A stretch of 64,000 nucleotides of DNA, taken from NCBI GenBank assembly GCA_050287085.1, contig JBNKBE010000016.1:64001-128000 (forward strand), read 5' to 3'. The position numbers and the translations under genes were made by a program. Under the pieces are notes generated by a model. It ran no database searches. It was given only the letters and a program-made list of their open reading frames with translations, and was not told where the DNA came from. Below are positions 8,749 to 18,247 of the stretch, one piece after another (the stretch's first letter is position 1; each line of letters begins with the position of its first letter). The stretch comes from Polyangiaceae bacterium. GTDB lineage: Bacteria; Myxococcota_A; Polyangia; Polyangiales; Polyangiaceae.

Positions 8749-9998
8749 TGCCCTTCGTGGTGCTTCTCTTTCTGCTAACTGTGCCCGCCCTGGCTCAGGA
8801 GGTGGCGACAGCAACACCCGCGCAGCAGACCCAGACATCGAGCTCCTCGTCGCAGTGGCGGCACCGGCGATACCGCGCGCTGCTGTCACCGGTTCGAGAG
8901 GTCGAGATGGTGGCTCTCAACGGGCTGACGCTGAACAAAGGCCTCCAGGATCTCTACGTTCAGGGTATTGGTCCCGAGCTCGGCGCCGCCAGTTCCGTGG
9001 TGGGAACGCTCTGGTCGGCGACTTTCACCTATCTCACAACTCTTTGGCCTCATGAGCTCGGTCATTGGTCTCGGGCGCCACAGGTGGGGGGGAGGTTCGT
9101 GTTTCACGACTACATGCCTTTCTTCCCGACAACGACCGTCGAGTTGTCAGATGCGGCGAGCGACGAGCAACGCGCACTCATCTCGGTGGGGGGCTTCGAG
9201 GTCAACGCGCTCATGGCCCGTCGCTTCGAGCTCGAATTTCACCAGCGTGGCTGGGCCTATTCGGACGAGTTGGTGCACGGTCTGCTCCAGGAAATGTTCT
9301 TTCCGATCTATGCGTTTCTGGTGATCCCGCGGGATCCGACGTTGGCCTCAACATGGACGCGCACCGCAGGAGATCCAGTTCATTTCGTGCTTCCGACTTG
9401 GCAACAAGCCACCGGTCGTCAGCCGCTTCGGGGGGATGGCTCGGTCGACCCCGGGTTAGTGCGTTATTATCGCGAAGCTACGCTCACGGCGCTTGTTCTG
9501 CCCTGGCTCGATCCGACGACGTGGCAAGCGCTGCTCGCCTTTTTCGACGCTCACGAGCGTGGTCATTACGCAACCCGCCGGAGCTGGGTCCTACTGGGGG
9601 ACCGCCAGTTCGGATGGACCTATGGCACGCGCTTTGTGCCGACGGTGCTTGGCTATGAGTTGCACTTGGACAACTACCTCTTCCTGGGGCAGCGGCTGGT
9701 GGTGCTCTCACCTCACGCTGGACGGCTCTCCAAGAACGTGGGCGTCGCTCTCCGTTTGCCGGAGCTGTTGCGAACGTCGGCGCAGCGCGTCGGCGTGGAT
9801 CTCGACGTCTGGTCGCAGGAGCGGTACGGTTTTGGTGCGGCTCTAACCGCCGAAGTCGAGCATGACTTTTCGAACGGCGTGAGCCTATTTGCCCGCGTCG
9901 GGGCCAAGGACGAGGGCTATCTGGTGGGACGGCGCTTGGCGACGGGCGTCATGGCCTTGGCAGGCATCGGTGGGCGCTTGGCCACGCATCAGCAGTGA
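8739..9998 (+). CDS. Hypothetical secreted/outer-membrane protein with an HExxH motif
   Basis: Signal peptide MSVLPFVVLLFLLTVPALA-Q, 'WPHELGHW', and amphipathic beta-strand-like C-terminal segments. Confidence 0.7.
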   Translation: MSVLPFVVLLFLLTVPALAQEVATATPAQQTQTSSSSSQWRHRRYRALLSPVREVEMVALNGLTLNKGLQDLYVQGIGPELGAASSVVGTLWSATFTYLTTLWPHELGHWSRAPQVGGRFVFHDYMPFFPTTTVELSDAASDEQRALISVGGFEVNALMARRFELEFHQRGWAYSDELVHGLLQEMFFPIYAFLVIPRDPTLASTWTRTAGDPVHFVLPTWQQATGRQPLRGDGSVDPGLVRYYREATLTALVLPWLDPTTWQALLAFFDAHERGHYATRRSWVLLGDRQFGWTYGTRFVPTVLGYELHLDNYLFLGQRLVVLSPHAGRLSKNVGVALRLPELLRTSAQRVGVDLDVWSQERYGFGAALTAEVEHDFSNGVSLFARVGAKDEGYLVGRRLATGVMALAGIGGRLATHQQ

Positions 9999-10270
9999 TG
10001 CGTAGCACTTCCCCTGCCAAGTAAGGAGTCGACCGCAGAATGCGTCCCGCTCGCTCGGGGCGGGCCCTGCGTTGGCGGGCGCTTGTATGTTGCCGCACGG
10101 ATCGCGTTCGGACTCGCATTCCGGGCTGAGTACGGTCTGGCGTTTTTGAGGTCGGTTCTTAGCAAAGAGTCCGCACCGGCCGTTGTTTGCCGAGAGACGA
10201 TGTCGGGCGTTTGGGAACTTGCGGTGGCGTGCCCTCGGGTACGTCCAGGGCGCGGCGTGGAGGTGCTTCG

Positions 10271-12643
10271 GTGAGCGAGTGGATTCGCATACGCGGCGCT
10301 GTTCAAGGGGTAGGCTTTCGACCTACCGTGGCGCGCATTGCGGGGAGCCAGGGACTTGCGGGCTTTGTGCGCAATGACGCTGACGGCGTCTTGATTGGGC
10401 TCGCGTCAGATGAACTCGGTTGTTCCAATTTCCTCTCCACCCTACTGACCGAGCTTCCGAGGCTCGCTCGTATTGAGAGTATCGAGCGAGAGCCCGCGCC
10501 GGTCGAGCCCCTCGCATTCCAGATACTCGGCAGTGAAGAGGGCGTCCCGAACACCGAGGTAGTGGCTGATGCCACGGTGTGCTCCGAGTGTGTCAGCGAG
10601 GTTCTCGATCCTGCGCAACGACGATACCGCTATCCACTCACGACCTGCACCAACTGTGGTCCGCGCTTCAGCATTGCGACGGCCATTCCCTTCGATCGGG
10701 CCAATACGACGCTTGCGGGATATCCTCTCTGCGAGCGCTGTCTCGAGGAGTATGGCGATGAAGGCGATCGCCGATTTCACGCTCAGGCCCTGGCCTGCCC
10801 CAGTTGTGGTCCACAGGTCCACTTTGAGCCGAGCAGCCAGCAGGGCGGCGAGCAGATCAGCCAGCAGGGCGGCGAGCAGGGCGGCGTGCGGGTAAACGAC
10901 GAAGATCCGATCGCCGCTGCCGCAGGGCGGATATTGGCGGGGGACATCGTGGCAATCAAAGGGGTGGGCGGCTACCAACTCTGTTGCGACGCAACCAACC
11001 CAAGCGCCGTCGCCACATTGCGGCAGCGCAAGCGTCGGCCTCACAAAGCATTTGCCATCATGGTGCCGGACCTTGCCGCAGCCGAAGCGCTGGGCCTATT
11101 GAATGAGGCCGAGCGGGCCGCGTTGAGTGGCTCCGCAGGGCCGATTGTCTTGCTGACTCGTCGAGCCGCGCGCGAGAATGACGTTTCGATTGCCGAGGCG
11201 GTGGCGCCCGATCAGCCACGCTTAGGCGTGATGCTACCAACCAGCCCGCTGCACGGCTTGCTCTTGGCTGGCGTTGGGAGGCCCATCGTATGCACGAGTG
11301 GCAATCTAACGAGTGAACCTCAATGTATTGACGACGACGACGCCCGGCAGCGACTAGCACGAGTCGCAGATTGGTTTGTCACTCACGATAGGGCGATCCA
11401 CAGCCGTGTTGACGATTCGGTTGCCGTACACCTAGCTGGCAAGATTCGGCTGCTTCGGCGTGCTCGCGGGTACGCCCCCAGTCCCCTAGCGCTGCCACCG
11501 GGGCTGGAAGACGCTCCCGCGCTGGTGGCTTTCGGCGCCGACCTCAAGGCCACGTTTGCGCTTGCCGCTGCTGGGTGGGCGACGCTGTCCCCACATCTCG
11601 GAGATATCGAAGAGCTGCGCACGTACGATGCATATCGACGTGCGCTTTCTCTGGCATCGGCGCTGCGGCGGCATCGTCCGGAGCTGGTGGTTTGCGATGC
11701 GCACGTGGGTTATCAGAGTCGCGCTTTGGCTCAGCAATTCGCCCAAGCGGCGGACTTGAGACTCGTTGAGGTCATGCACCACCACGCTCATATCTGCGCC
11801 TGCTTGGTGGACAATCGTTGGCCTCTGGACGCCGGACCCGTGCTGGGCCTCGCGCTGGACGGCCTCGGCGCTGGACCGCGCGGCGAACTTTGGGGTGGGG
11901 AACTACTTCACTGCGACTATCGGCGATTCGAACGTCTTGGATCGCTTGGGTCCGCGCCACTATTGGGAGGAGACGCCGCATCTCGCATGCCGTGGCGCTC
12001 GCTCTATGCACACCTTCGGTCTGCCGTGACGTGGGAAGAGCTTGAAACACAACATGCAAACCTCGAGGTTGTTGGCTGCCTGCGCTCGAAGCGCACTCCA
12101 CTGATGGAGCAGGTGTTGGACGATCCGGCGCTATCCCCCAGAGCGAGCTCTTCAGGTCGCTTCTTCGACGCCGTCGCGGCAGCTCTCGGTCTAGCCCGCG
12201 AAGCTGCTGAATACGAGGGGCAAGCCGCGATGCTATTGGAGGCTCTGGTTCCACCAACGCTCGAGGTTGAGTGCCTATCCGATTCGTACCCATTGCCCTG
12301 CCGGACCGATGCTGATGGCGTATGGAAGCTCGGAACTGGGGCTATCTGGCGACCGCTACTTCGAGACCTGGGAGCGGGGCTTCCGAGAGCTACGATCGCC
12401 GCGCGCGTCTTCGGAGGGGTGATTGGAGGGCTGGTTCAGCTCCTACGCTACGGACGAGAAAGAACGGGTCTAGCTACAGTCGTCCTGAGCGGTGGGTGCT
12501 TTCAGAACCGGGTGCTGCTCGAGGGGCTCACCCGCGCATTGCGAAGCGACGGGTTCGAACTGTTGTTGCACGAGCGCGTGCCGCCACACGACGGATGCAT
12601 TTCGCTTGGACAGGCCGCGATCGCCGCGGCCAGAGAGAGGTAG
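10271..12643 (+). CDS. hypF: Carbamoyltransferase HypF
   Basis: 'GAVQGVGFRP', zinc fingers CSEC..CTNC and CERC..CPSC, 'RRFHAQ', 'HHHAH', 'ALDG', 'LSGGCFQN', 'DGCISLGQ'. GTG start at 10271. Confidence 0.96.
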   Translation: MSEWIRIRGAVQGVGFRPTVARIAGSQGLAGFVRNDADGVLIGLASDELGCSNFLSTLLTELPRLARIESIEREPAPVEPLAFQILGSEEGVPNTEVVADATVCSECVSEVLDPAQRRYRYPLTTCTNCGPRFSIATAIPFDRANTTLAGYPLCERCLEEYGDEGDRRFHAQALACPSCGPQVHFEPSSQQGGEQISQQGGEQGGVRVNDEDPIAAAAGRILAGDIVAIKGVGGYQLCCDATNPSAVATLRQRKRRPHKAFAIMVPDLAAAEALGLLNEAERAALSGSAGPIVLLTRRAARENDVSIAEAVAPDQPRLGVMLPTSPLHGLLLAGVGRPIVCTSGNLTSEPQCIDDDDARQRLARVADWFVTHDRAIHSRVDDSVAVHLAGKIRLLRRARGYAPSPLALPPGLEDAPALVAFGADLKATFALAAAGWATLSPHLGDIEELRTYDAYRRALSLASALRRHRPELVVCDAHVGYQSRALAQQFAQAADLRLVEVMHHHAHICACLVDNRWPLDAGPVLGLALDGLGAGPRGELWGGELLHCDYRRFERLGSLGSAPLLGGDAASRMPWRSLYAHLRSAVTWEELETQHANLEVVGCLRSKRTPLMEQVLDDPALSPRASSSGRFFDAVAAALGLAREAAEYEGQAAMLLEALVPPTLEVECLSDSYPLPCRTDADGVWKLGTGAIWRPLLRDLGAGLPRATIAARVFGGVIGGLVQLLRYGRERTGLATVVLSGGCFQNRVLLEGLTRALRSDGFELLLHERVPPHDGCISLGQAAIAAARER

Positions 12644-12648
12644 ATGAA

Positions 12649-12945
12649 ATGTGCTTAGGCGTTCCGGGACAGATCGTTGCAATTGAGGATGCTGAACGGC
12701 GCATCGGTGTGGTCGATGTCGCTGGAACTCGCCGCACGGCGAACCTGGCGTGCGTCATCGACGAAGGACCGATCGAGGCGTGTATAGGTCAGTGGGTGCT
12801 TTTGCACGTAGGCTTCGCGATGAGTCGCATTGATGCGGAAGAAGCGCGGCGTACCATGGCGCTTCTTGTCGAGCTGGGCGAAGCCGAACAAGAGATAGCT
12901 GAAGGGCGCACCTCCGCTCAGCAGAAGGAGGTGCGCCGTGTCTGA
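12649..12945 (+). CDS. hypC: Hydrogenase maturation chaperone HypC
   Basis: N-terminal MCLGVPG and 'WVLLHVGFAM'. Confidence 0.96.
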   Translation: MCLGVPGQIVAIEDAERRIGVVDVAGTRRTANLACVIDEGPIEACIGQWVLLHVGFAMSRIDAEEARRTMALLVELGEAEQEIAEGRTSAQQKEVRRV

Positions 12946-13624
12946 TGCTTTGGCGCAGCTGTATCCGGGCATGGTCGACAACGCTCACGCGCGTGGCGCT
13001 AGTTCCGACGAACTCAGTGCCAGTGTACTCGTCAAGGCTCGCGAAAGCGCTCGCGTACGCGACGCCTTCTTCGAAGCCCATGCGACGTCTTTGGTCGCCA
13101 TGGCAGACGCCCTTTCGAAGGTGTTTCGAGCCGGAAATCGCTTGCTGACCATCGGAAACGGAGGGTCCGCTTGCGACGCGGCGCACCTGGCCGTGGAGTT
13201 CAATCATCCGGTGACGGTAGGGCGTCCGTCGCTTTCCGCGATTCACCTGGGCGCGGATGCCCCGACCCTGACGGCCGTGGGTAATGATGTGAACTTTGAC
13301 GCCGTATATCGTCGCATGGTCGCCACTCACGGCCGCGCCGGCGACGCGCTCTTTGCCTTTTCTACGAGCGGCAACAGTGGCAATCTGTTGGCCGGAGTCG
13401 AAGAGGCACATCGGCGCGGTTTGGTCACGTTTGCCCTGCTAGGCAATGATGGTGGAGCGTTGGCGCGCTCCGCATGCCTAGCCCATCATCTTGTTGTACC
13501 CAGCTCGAGCGTGCACCGCGTGCAGGAGACGCACTTACTCGCCTACCACATCTTGTGGGACTTGGTTCATACCCTTCTACACGCAACGCCCACAGACCCA
13601 CTGGCAAGCGGGGTGGCCTCATGA
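12938..13624 (+). CDS. SIS-domain protein, phosphoheptose isomerase (GmhA)-like
   Basis: 'GNGGSACDAAHLAVEF', 'TAVGND', 'FSTSGNS', 'RVQETH...YHILWDLVH'. Overlaps hypC and hypD. Confidence 0.9.
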   Translation: MSDALAQLYPGMVDNAHARGASSDELSASVLVKARESARVRDAFFEAHATSLVAMADALSKVFRAGNRLLTIGNGGSACDAAHLAVEFNHPVTVGRPSLSAIHLGADAPTLTAVGNDVNFDAVYRRMVATHGRAGDALFAFSTSGNSGNLLAGVEEAHRRGLVTFALLGNDGGALARSACLAHHLVVPSSSVHRVQETHLLAYHILWDLVHTLLHATPTDPLASGVAS

Positions 13625-14760
13625 AGTATGTTGAAGAGTTCCGAGATCCAAGCCAGGCGGCACCCATCGTGGCTCGTATCGAGTCGCTCATGCAGCGCAT
13701 ACGGCGCGAAGTAGGGCTGAAGAGTGTCAAAATCATGGAGGTATGCGGGGGACATACGCATTCCATCTTCAAGTTCGGATTGGAAAGCATGCTTCCGTCC
13801 GAGGTTGAGCTGGTACATGGTCCGGGGTGCCCAGTTTGCGTCCTGCCAGTGGGGCGGATAGACGACGCCATTGCGATCGCCGAGCAAGCGGATGTCATCT
13901 TCGCCACGTTCGGCGACGCAGTGCGAGTACCGGGTTCGAAAGGCAGCCTGCTTGCGGCCAAGGCTCGGGGCGCAGACGTGCGAACGGTTTATTCACCAGC
14001 GGATGCTTTGCGATTAGCCCGAAAGAACCCAGAACGTCAGGTGGTCTTTTTTGGCCTCGGATTCGAGACGACCGCGCCTTCGACGGCCTTGACGGTGATC
14101 GAGGCGGAGGCAGACGGTATCAGGAACTTCTCCGTCTTCTCCAACCACATCACCATTGTACCTACGTTGAAGGCCATTTTGGACTCGCCGGACCTCCGTT
14201 TGGATGGCTTCATCGGTCCAGGGCACGTCGCAATGGTAATCGGTACCAAGCCCTTCCAGTTCGTGTCGGAGCGGCACAAGAAGCCGCTTGTCATCTCGGG
14301 GTTCGAACCCTTGGACGTATTGCAGTCCCTCGTCATGTTGCTCGAGCAAATAGCCGGGCGGCAAGCGCGCGTGGAGAATCAGTACACGCGGCTGGTTCGG
14401 CAGAATGGGAATACGGCGGCGCTCCACGCTCTCACCGAGGTCTTTACGCTGCGGCCGTTCTTTGAGTGGCGGGGGCTCGGATCGGTCGATCATAGCGGTT
14501 TGACGTTTCGCGAGCGCTATCGTGCGTTTGATGCCGAACATCGTTTTACGGTGCCGGGTGTCTCCATTGCCGACCCCAAGGCGTGTCAGTGCGGCGAAGT
14601 CCTGAAGGGGGCGATCAAGCCCTGGGACTGCAAGGTATTTGGCACCGCCTGCACCCCGGAGACGCCGATTGGCTCATGCATGGTGTCGAGCGAAGGCGCC
14701 TGTGCGGCGCACTACAACTATGGGCGTCTGCACGCGATCCGCTTGAAGGTGACCACATGA
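13621..14760 (+). CDS. hypD: Hydrogenase maturation protein HypD
   Basis: MKYVEEFRD, 'MEVCGGHTH', 'GPGCPVC', 'GFETT', 'PGHV', 'CMVSSEGAC'. Confidence 0.97.
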   Translation: MKYVEEFRDPSQAAPIVARIESLMQRIRREVGLKSVKIMEVCGGHTHSIFKFGLESMLPSEVELVHGPGCPVCVLPVGRIDDAIAIAEQADVIFATFGDAVRVPGSKGSLLAAKARGADVRTVYSPADALRLARKNPERQVVFFGLGFETTAPSTALTVIEAEADGIRNFSVFSNHITIVPTLKAILDSPDLRLDGFIGPGHVAMVIGTKPFQFVSERHKKPLVISGFEPLDVLQSLVMLLEQIAGRQARVENQYTRLVRQNGNTAALHALTEVFTLRPFFEWRGLGSVDHSGLTFRERYRAFDAEHRFTVPGVSIADPKACQCGEVLKGAIKPWDCKVFGTACTPETPIGSCMVSSEGACAAHYNYGRLHAIRLKVTT

Positions 14761-15842
14761 GCGCCGCTAACATCGACGACACGCTATTTGCTCGCTTGGA
14801 GAAGTTTCGACGCCGCTCGGGCAAGGTGCGCCAATCGCGCATAGAACTCGCGCACGGCGGAGGAGGCAAAGCCATGCGCGACCTGCTCGATCACGTCGTG
14901 GTCGCAGAGCTGGGAGGTGCCGTTCAAGACCACGAAGACCAGGCGCGCATGGAGTTGGGCGCGTTGACCCCGGGCGACAAGCTGGCGATGACGACCGACG
15001 GCTATGTCGTAAGCCCCTTGCAGTTCCCCGGCGCGGATATCGGACGGCTGGCGGTGTGTGGAACCGTAAACGATCTCGCGGTCGGAGGTGCACGTCCGAT
15101 GTATCTCTCCTGTGGCCTCATCATCGAGGAGGGCTTGGACGTTCAGGTGTTGCGCACCGTGCTGCGTAGCATGGCGGCTGCAGCGGTCGAGGCGGGCGTG
15201 AGCATCGTGACCGGTGATACGAAAGTCGTGCCGCGAGGGGCGGCAGATCGGCTTTTCATTAGCACCACTGGGGTTGGACTCATCAGTTCGACATGTGACG
15301 TGGGAGCTCATCGTATCAAAGCGGATGATGTGGTGCTCATCAATGGATTCTTAGGGGACCACGCCGCTGCTATCATGGCGGCTCGAGGTGAGTTGCGCAT
15401 CGAGACGGACATCGCCAGTGACTGTGCCCCACTCAATACGTTGATCGCGCAAGTATTGGACAGCGTAGAGGTTCACGCGATGCGAGATGTGACCCGCGGC
15501 GGGCTCGCAGCGGTTCTCAATGAGCTCGCGCTGGCATCAGAAGTGGGCATGGTCGTAAACGAGCGACAGCTACCGGTTCGAGCGGAGGTGGCCGGCCTGT
15601 GCGAATTGCTGGGGCTTGACCCCGTGCATCTCGCCAACGAGGGAAAGGTGGCTGTGGTTCTGCCTGAGTCACAGGCAACACGTGCTCTTGAGGTCATGCG
15701 CGGCCATCCCTTGGGGCGCGACGCGGCGCTGATCGCGCGCTGCCGAGCTGCGCCGCCCGGCCTGGTAACGGTTGACACCGGATTCGGAGGCGAGCGTGTC
15801 TTGGACATGCTGGTGGGGGAGCCACTACCGAGGATCTGTTGA
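14757..15842 (+). CDS. hypE: Hydrogenase maturation protein HypE
   Basis: 'AHGGGG', 'GTVNDLAVGGA', 'GDTKVV', 'MRDVTRGGL', 'ANEGK', C-terminal 'PRIC'. Confidence 0.97.
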   Translation: MSAANIDDTLFARLEKFRRRSGKVRQSRIELAHGGGGKAMRDLLDHVVVAELGGAVQDHEDQARMELGALTPGDKLAMTTDGYVVSPLQFPGADIGRLAVCGTVNDLAVGGARPMYLSCGLIIEEGLDVQVLRTVLRSMAAAAVEAGVSIVTGDTKVVPRGAADRLFISTTGVGLISSTCDVGAHRIKADDVVLINGFLGDHAAAIMAARGELRIETDIASDCAPLNTLIAQVLDSVEVHAMRDVTRGGLAAVLNELALASEVGMVVNERQLPVRAEVAGLCELLGLDPVHLANEGKVAVVLPESQATRALEVMRGHPLGRDAALIARCRAAPPGLVTVDTGFGGERVLDMLVGEPLPRIC

Positions 15843-16171
15843 TGCATGAGTTGAGCGTTACCAAGAGCATCGTGTCGGCCTGCGCTGAGCGCGCGGGAAC
15901 CCGCAAAGTGCAAGCGGTGCATCTGCGGATTGGTCGCTTCTCCGGAGTAGAGCCCCACGCAGTGCGCTTCTGTTTTGAGCTCTGCGTAGCGGGAACAACT
16001 CTCGAAGGTGCTGAACTTGTGATCGAGGAGGTAGCCGGCAAGGGCCGATGCAAGGGGTGCGGGGAGCAGCTCGCTCTCGAGCTCCCCATCGCTCTTTGTC
16101 CCTGCGAGCGGAGAGAGAGCGTGGAACTGGTAGCCGGTGAAGAGCTGCTGATCGAGGCAATGGAGATATGA
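15842..16171 (+). CDS. hypA: Hydrogenase nickel insertion protein HypA
   Basis: N-terminal MHE motif, with CxxC and CPC Zn ligands. Confidence 0.93.
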   Translation: MHELSVTKSIVSACAERAGTRKVQAVHLRIGRFSGVEPHAVRFCFELCVAGTTLEGAELVIEEVAGKGRCKGCGEQLALELPIALCPCERRESVELVAGEELLIEAMEI

Positions 16172-16174
16172 CTC

Positions 16175-17104
16175 ATGTGTACGACTTGCGGATGTAATGG
16201 AATGGGGGCGACGGTATCGGGGCCTGATGGGGAACACACGCACGTGGCAGCTGATGGTACCGTAGTCACGCATCGTCATGATGGTGGAGGCCATACCCAT
16301 GTGCATGCGGGGCCAGCTAACTCCCGCGGCTTCGACACTCCGGCCGTTGATGGCCATGGGCACACTCACGGGCATTCGAACGCGGCCGACAACGTAGTGA
16401 AGCTCGAGCAACGCATTCTGCTGAAAAACGACCACATCGCACAACACAATCGCGAGTTCTTTGCCGACTCACATATCGCCGCCGTCAACCTCATGAGTTC
16501 ACCTGGGGCAGGAAAGACGACACTGCTCGAGTATACGCTGAAGAGACTGTCTGGTTCGGCAACCGTCTTGGAGGGAGATCAGGAAACGAGCCATGATGCT
16601 CAGCGAATACGAGCGACGGGCGCACGCGCCGTTCAGATAAATACGGGTACTGGTTGTCACCTCGACGCGGATATGGTGCGTCAAGGCATCGCTCAACTCG
16701 AGCCCGAGCCGTCGTCCATCTTGTTCATAGAAAACGTGGGCAATTTGGTTTGTCCGGCACTCTTTGATCTTGGGGAAACGGCGCGGGTCGTTCTGTTCAG
16801 TGTCACTGAAGGTGAGGACAAGCCTCTGAAGTACCCACATATGTTTCGACAAGCCGATCTCGTTCTACTGACCAAGACGGACCTGCTCCCGCACTTGAGG
16901 TTTGACGTAGGGGCTGCTTTGGACGCCGTCGAAAGAATCCGTCCCGGCGTCTCGATGCTGCGTGTCTCGACTCAGAGCGGAGAGGGAACCGATGCCTGGA
17001 TGAGCTGGCTGGAGCATTGTTTGAGTCACCTCAAAGATGGCACGTCCCTTGTGGCGAAGCGGGAGCCAGGGCTGGGGCGCCAAGCATTGTCCGAGAGGTC
17101 GTAG
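16175..17104 (+). CDS. hypB: Nickel incorporation GTPase HypB with a His-rich N-terminus
   Basis: MCTTCGC leader, His-rich segment, 'SSPGAGKTT', 'GCHLDA', 'ENVGNLVCP', 'EGEDKPLKYP', 'TKTD'. Confidence 0.97.
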   Translation: MCTTCGCNGMGATVSGPDGEHTHVAADGTVVTHRHDGGGHTHVHAGPANSRGFDTPAVDGHGHTHGHSNAADNVVKLEQRILLKNDHIAQHNREFFADSHIAAVNLMSSPGAGKTTLLEYTLKRLSGSATVLEGDQETSHDAQRIRATGARAVQINTGTGCHLDADMVRQGIAQLEPEPSSILFIENVGNLVCPALFDLGETARVVLFSVTEGEDKPLKYPHMFRQADLVLLTKTDLLPHLRFDVGAALDAVERIRPGVSMLRVSTQSGEGTDAWMSWLEHCLSHLKDGTSLVAKREPGLGRQALSERS

Positions 17105-17250
17105 CGGGCCCCGCGGGTCGCTGCGGACCCACTTCGCCTTCGAGTTGACCCCGCGGCGACTTCGCAGACGAATTTTGTGCACGGCTCGTTCTGGAGGAAT
17201 CCAGACGTCGACCGTTCACGGCTCGTACACAACAAATTTTCGGGGGTACG

Positions 17251-18237
17251 ATGACGGCAACACTACTCTGGCTTCAAACAGGCGCCTGCAGCGGAGATAC
17301 GATGTCGATTCTCAATGCAGAGTCGCCCAATCTGCTTGAAGCGTTGCAAAACTACGGGATCGAGCTGCTTTGGCACCCTTCGTTGTCAACGGAGACGCCC
17401 AAGCAATTGCTTGAAATCATTAATCAGATCTGTGCAGGGAAACGGGAGCTGACCGTGCTGGCGGTTGAGGGTTCGATCGCCTTCGGGCCAGACGGGACGG
17501 GCATGTATGATCCCTTCCACGGACGCGCCAAGAAGGATATCGTGGCCGAGCTCGCAGAACAGGCCCAGTTCGTGGTTGCGATGGGCACGTGTGCGTCTTT
17601 TGGCGGTGTAGTAGCCGCTGAGCCGAACCCCACGGACGCAACGGGGCTGCAGTTCCTCCGCGCGAAGAAGGAGGGGGCTCTGTTGGCTCCGGACTGGGTA
17701 TCGCGAGGCGGGCTACCCGTGGTGAATGTAGCAGGGTGTCCGGCACATCCGAGAACGATGGTCGAAACGCTGATGACCTTGCTCTTGGCGGGTACGATCG
17801 AACTCGATCCACTCAACCGTCCAGCAACCTACTTCGATCGCGTTGTGCATCAGGGCTGCACTCGCAATGAGTATCACGAGTACAACGTTGAAGAGTCGGG
17901 TTTCGGCGGTCAAGGGTGCTTGTACTTCAACATGGGTTGCCAAGGGCCGTACACGCAGGGGCGCTGCAACACCGATCTGTGGAACGAGGTAAACAGCAAG
18001 CCGCGTGCGGGCGTGCCTTGTTATGGGTGTACGGCACCTACATTCCCGAAGGCGCAAGATCTTCTTAAGACGGAGAAGATTGGGGCCGTACCGGTCACCA
18101 TGCCGCGAGGCGTGAGTCGTCCGCAGTATATGGCCTACAAGGGGTTGGCGAAAGCGGCCGGACCCGAGCGACTGGTCAAGCTTCGACGCAAAGCCCCAGC
18201 CGCAGAGGCGAGTTCAAAAACCAGCGCCGCTGAATGA
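17251..18237 (+). CDS. [NiFe]-hydrogenase small subunit, cytoplasmic, group-2 type
   Basis: 'LLWLQTGACSGDTMS', 'GTCASFGG', 'GCPAHP', 'HQGCTR', 'GCLYFNMGCQGP', 'PCYGC'. No Tat signal and no membrane anchor. Confidence 0.93.
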   Translation: MTATLLWLQTGACSGDTMSILNAESPNLLEALQNYGIELLWHPSLSTETPKQLLEIINQICAGKRELTVLAVEGSIAFGPDGTGMYDPFHGRAKKDIVAELAEQAQFVVAMGTCASFGGVVAAEPNPTDATGLQFLRAKKEGALLAPDWVSRGGLPVVNVAGCPAHPRTMVETLMTLLLAGTIELDPLNRPATYFDRVVHQGCTRNEYHEYNVEESGFGGQGCLYFNMGCQGPYTQGRCNTDLWNEVNSKPRAGVPCYGCTAPTFPKAQDLLKTEKIGAVPVTMPRGVSRPQYMAYKGLAKAAGPERLVKLRRKAPAAEASSKTSAAE

Positions 18238-18247
18238 GGAGTGAGCC

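Noticed and set aside
15473..16447. 324-aa minus-strand ORF
   Set aside because: Antisense to hypE/hypA/hypB with no recognisable motifs; a typical high-GC shadow ORF.
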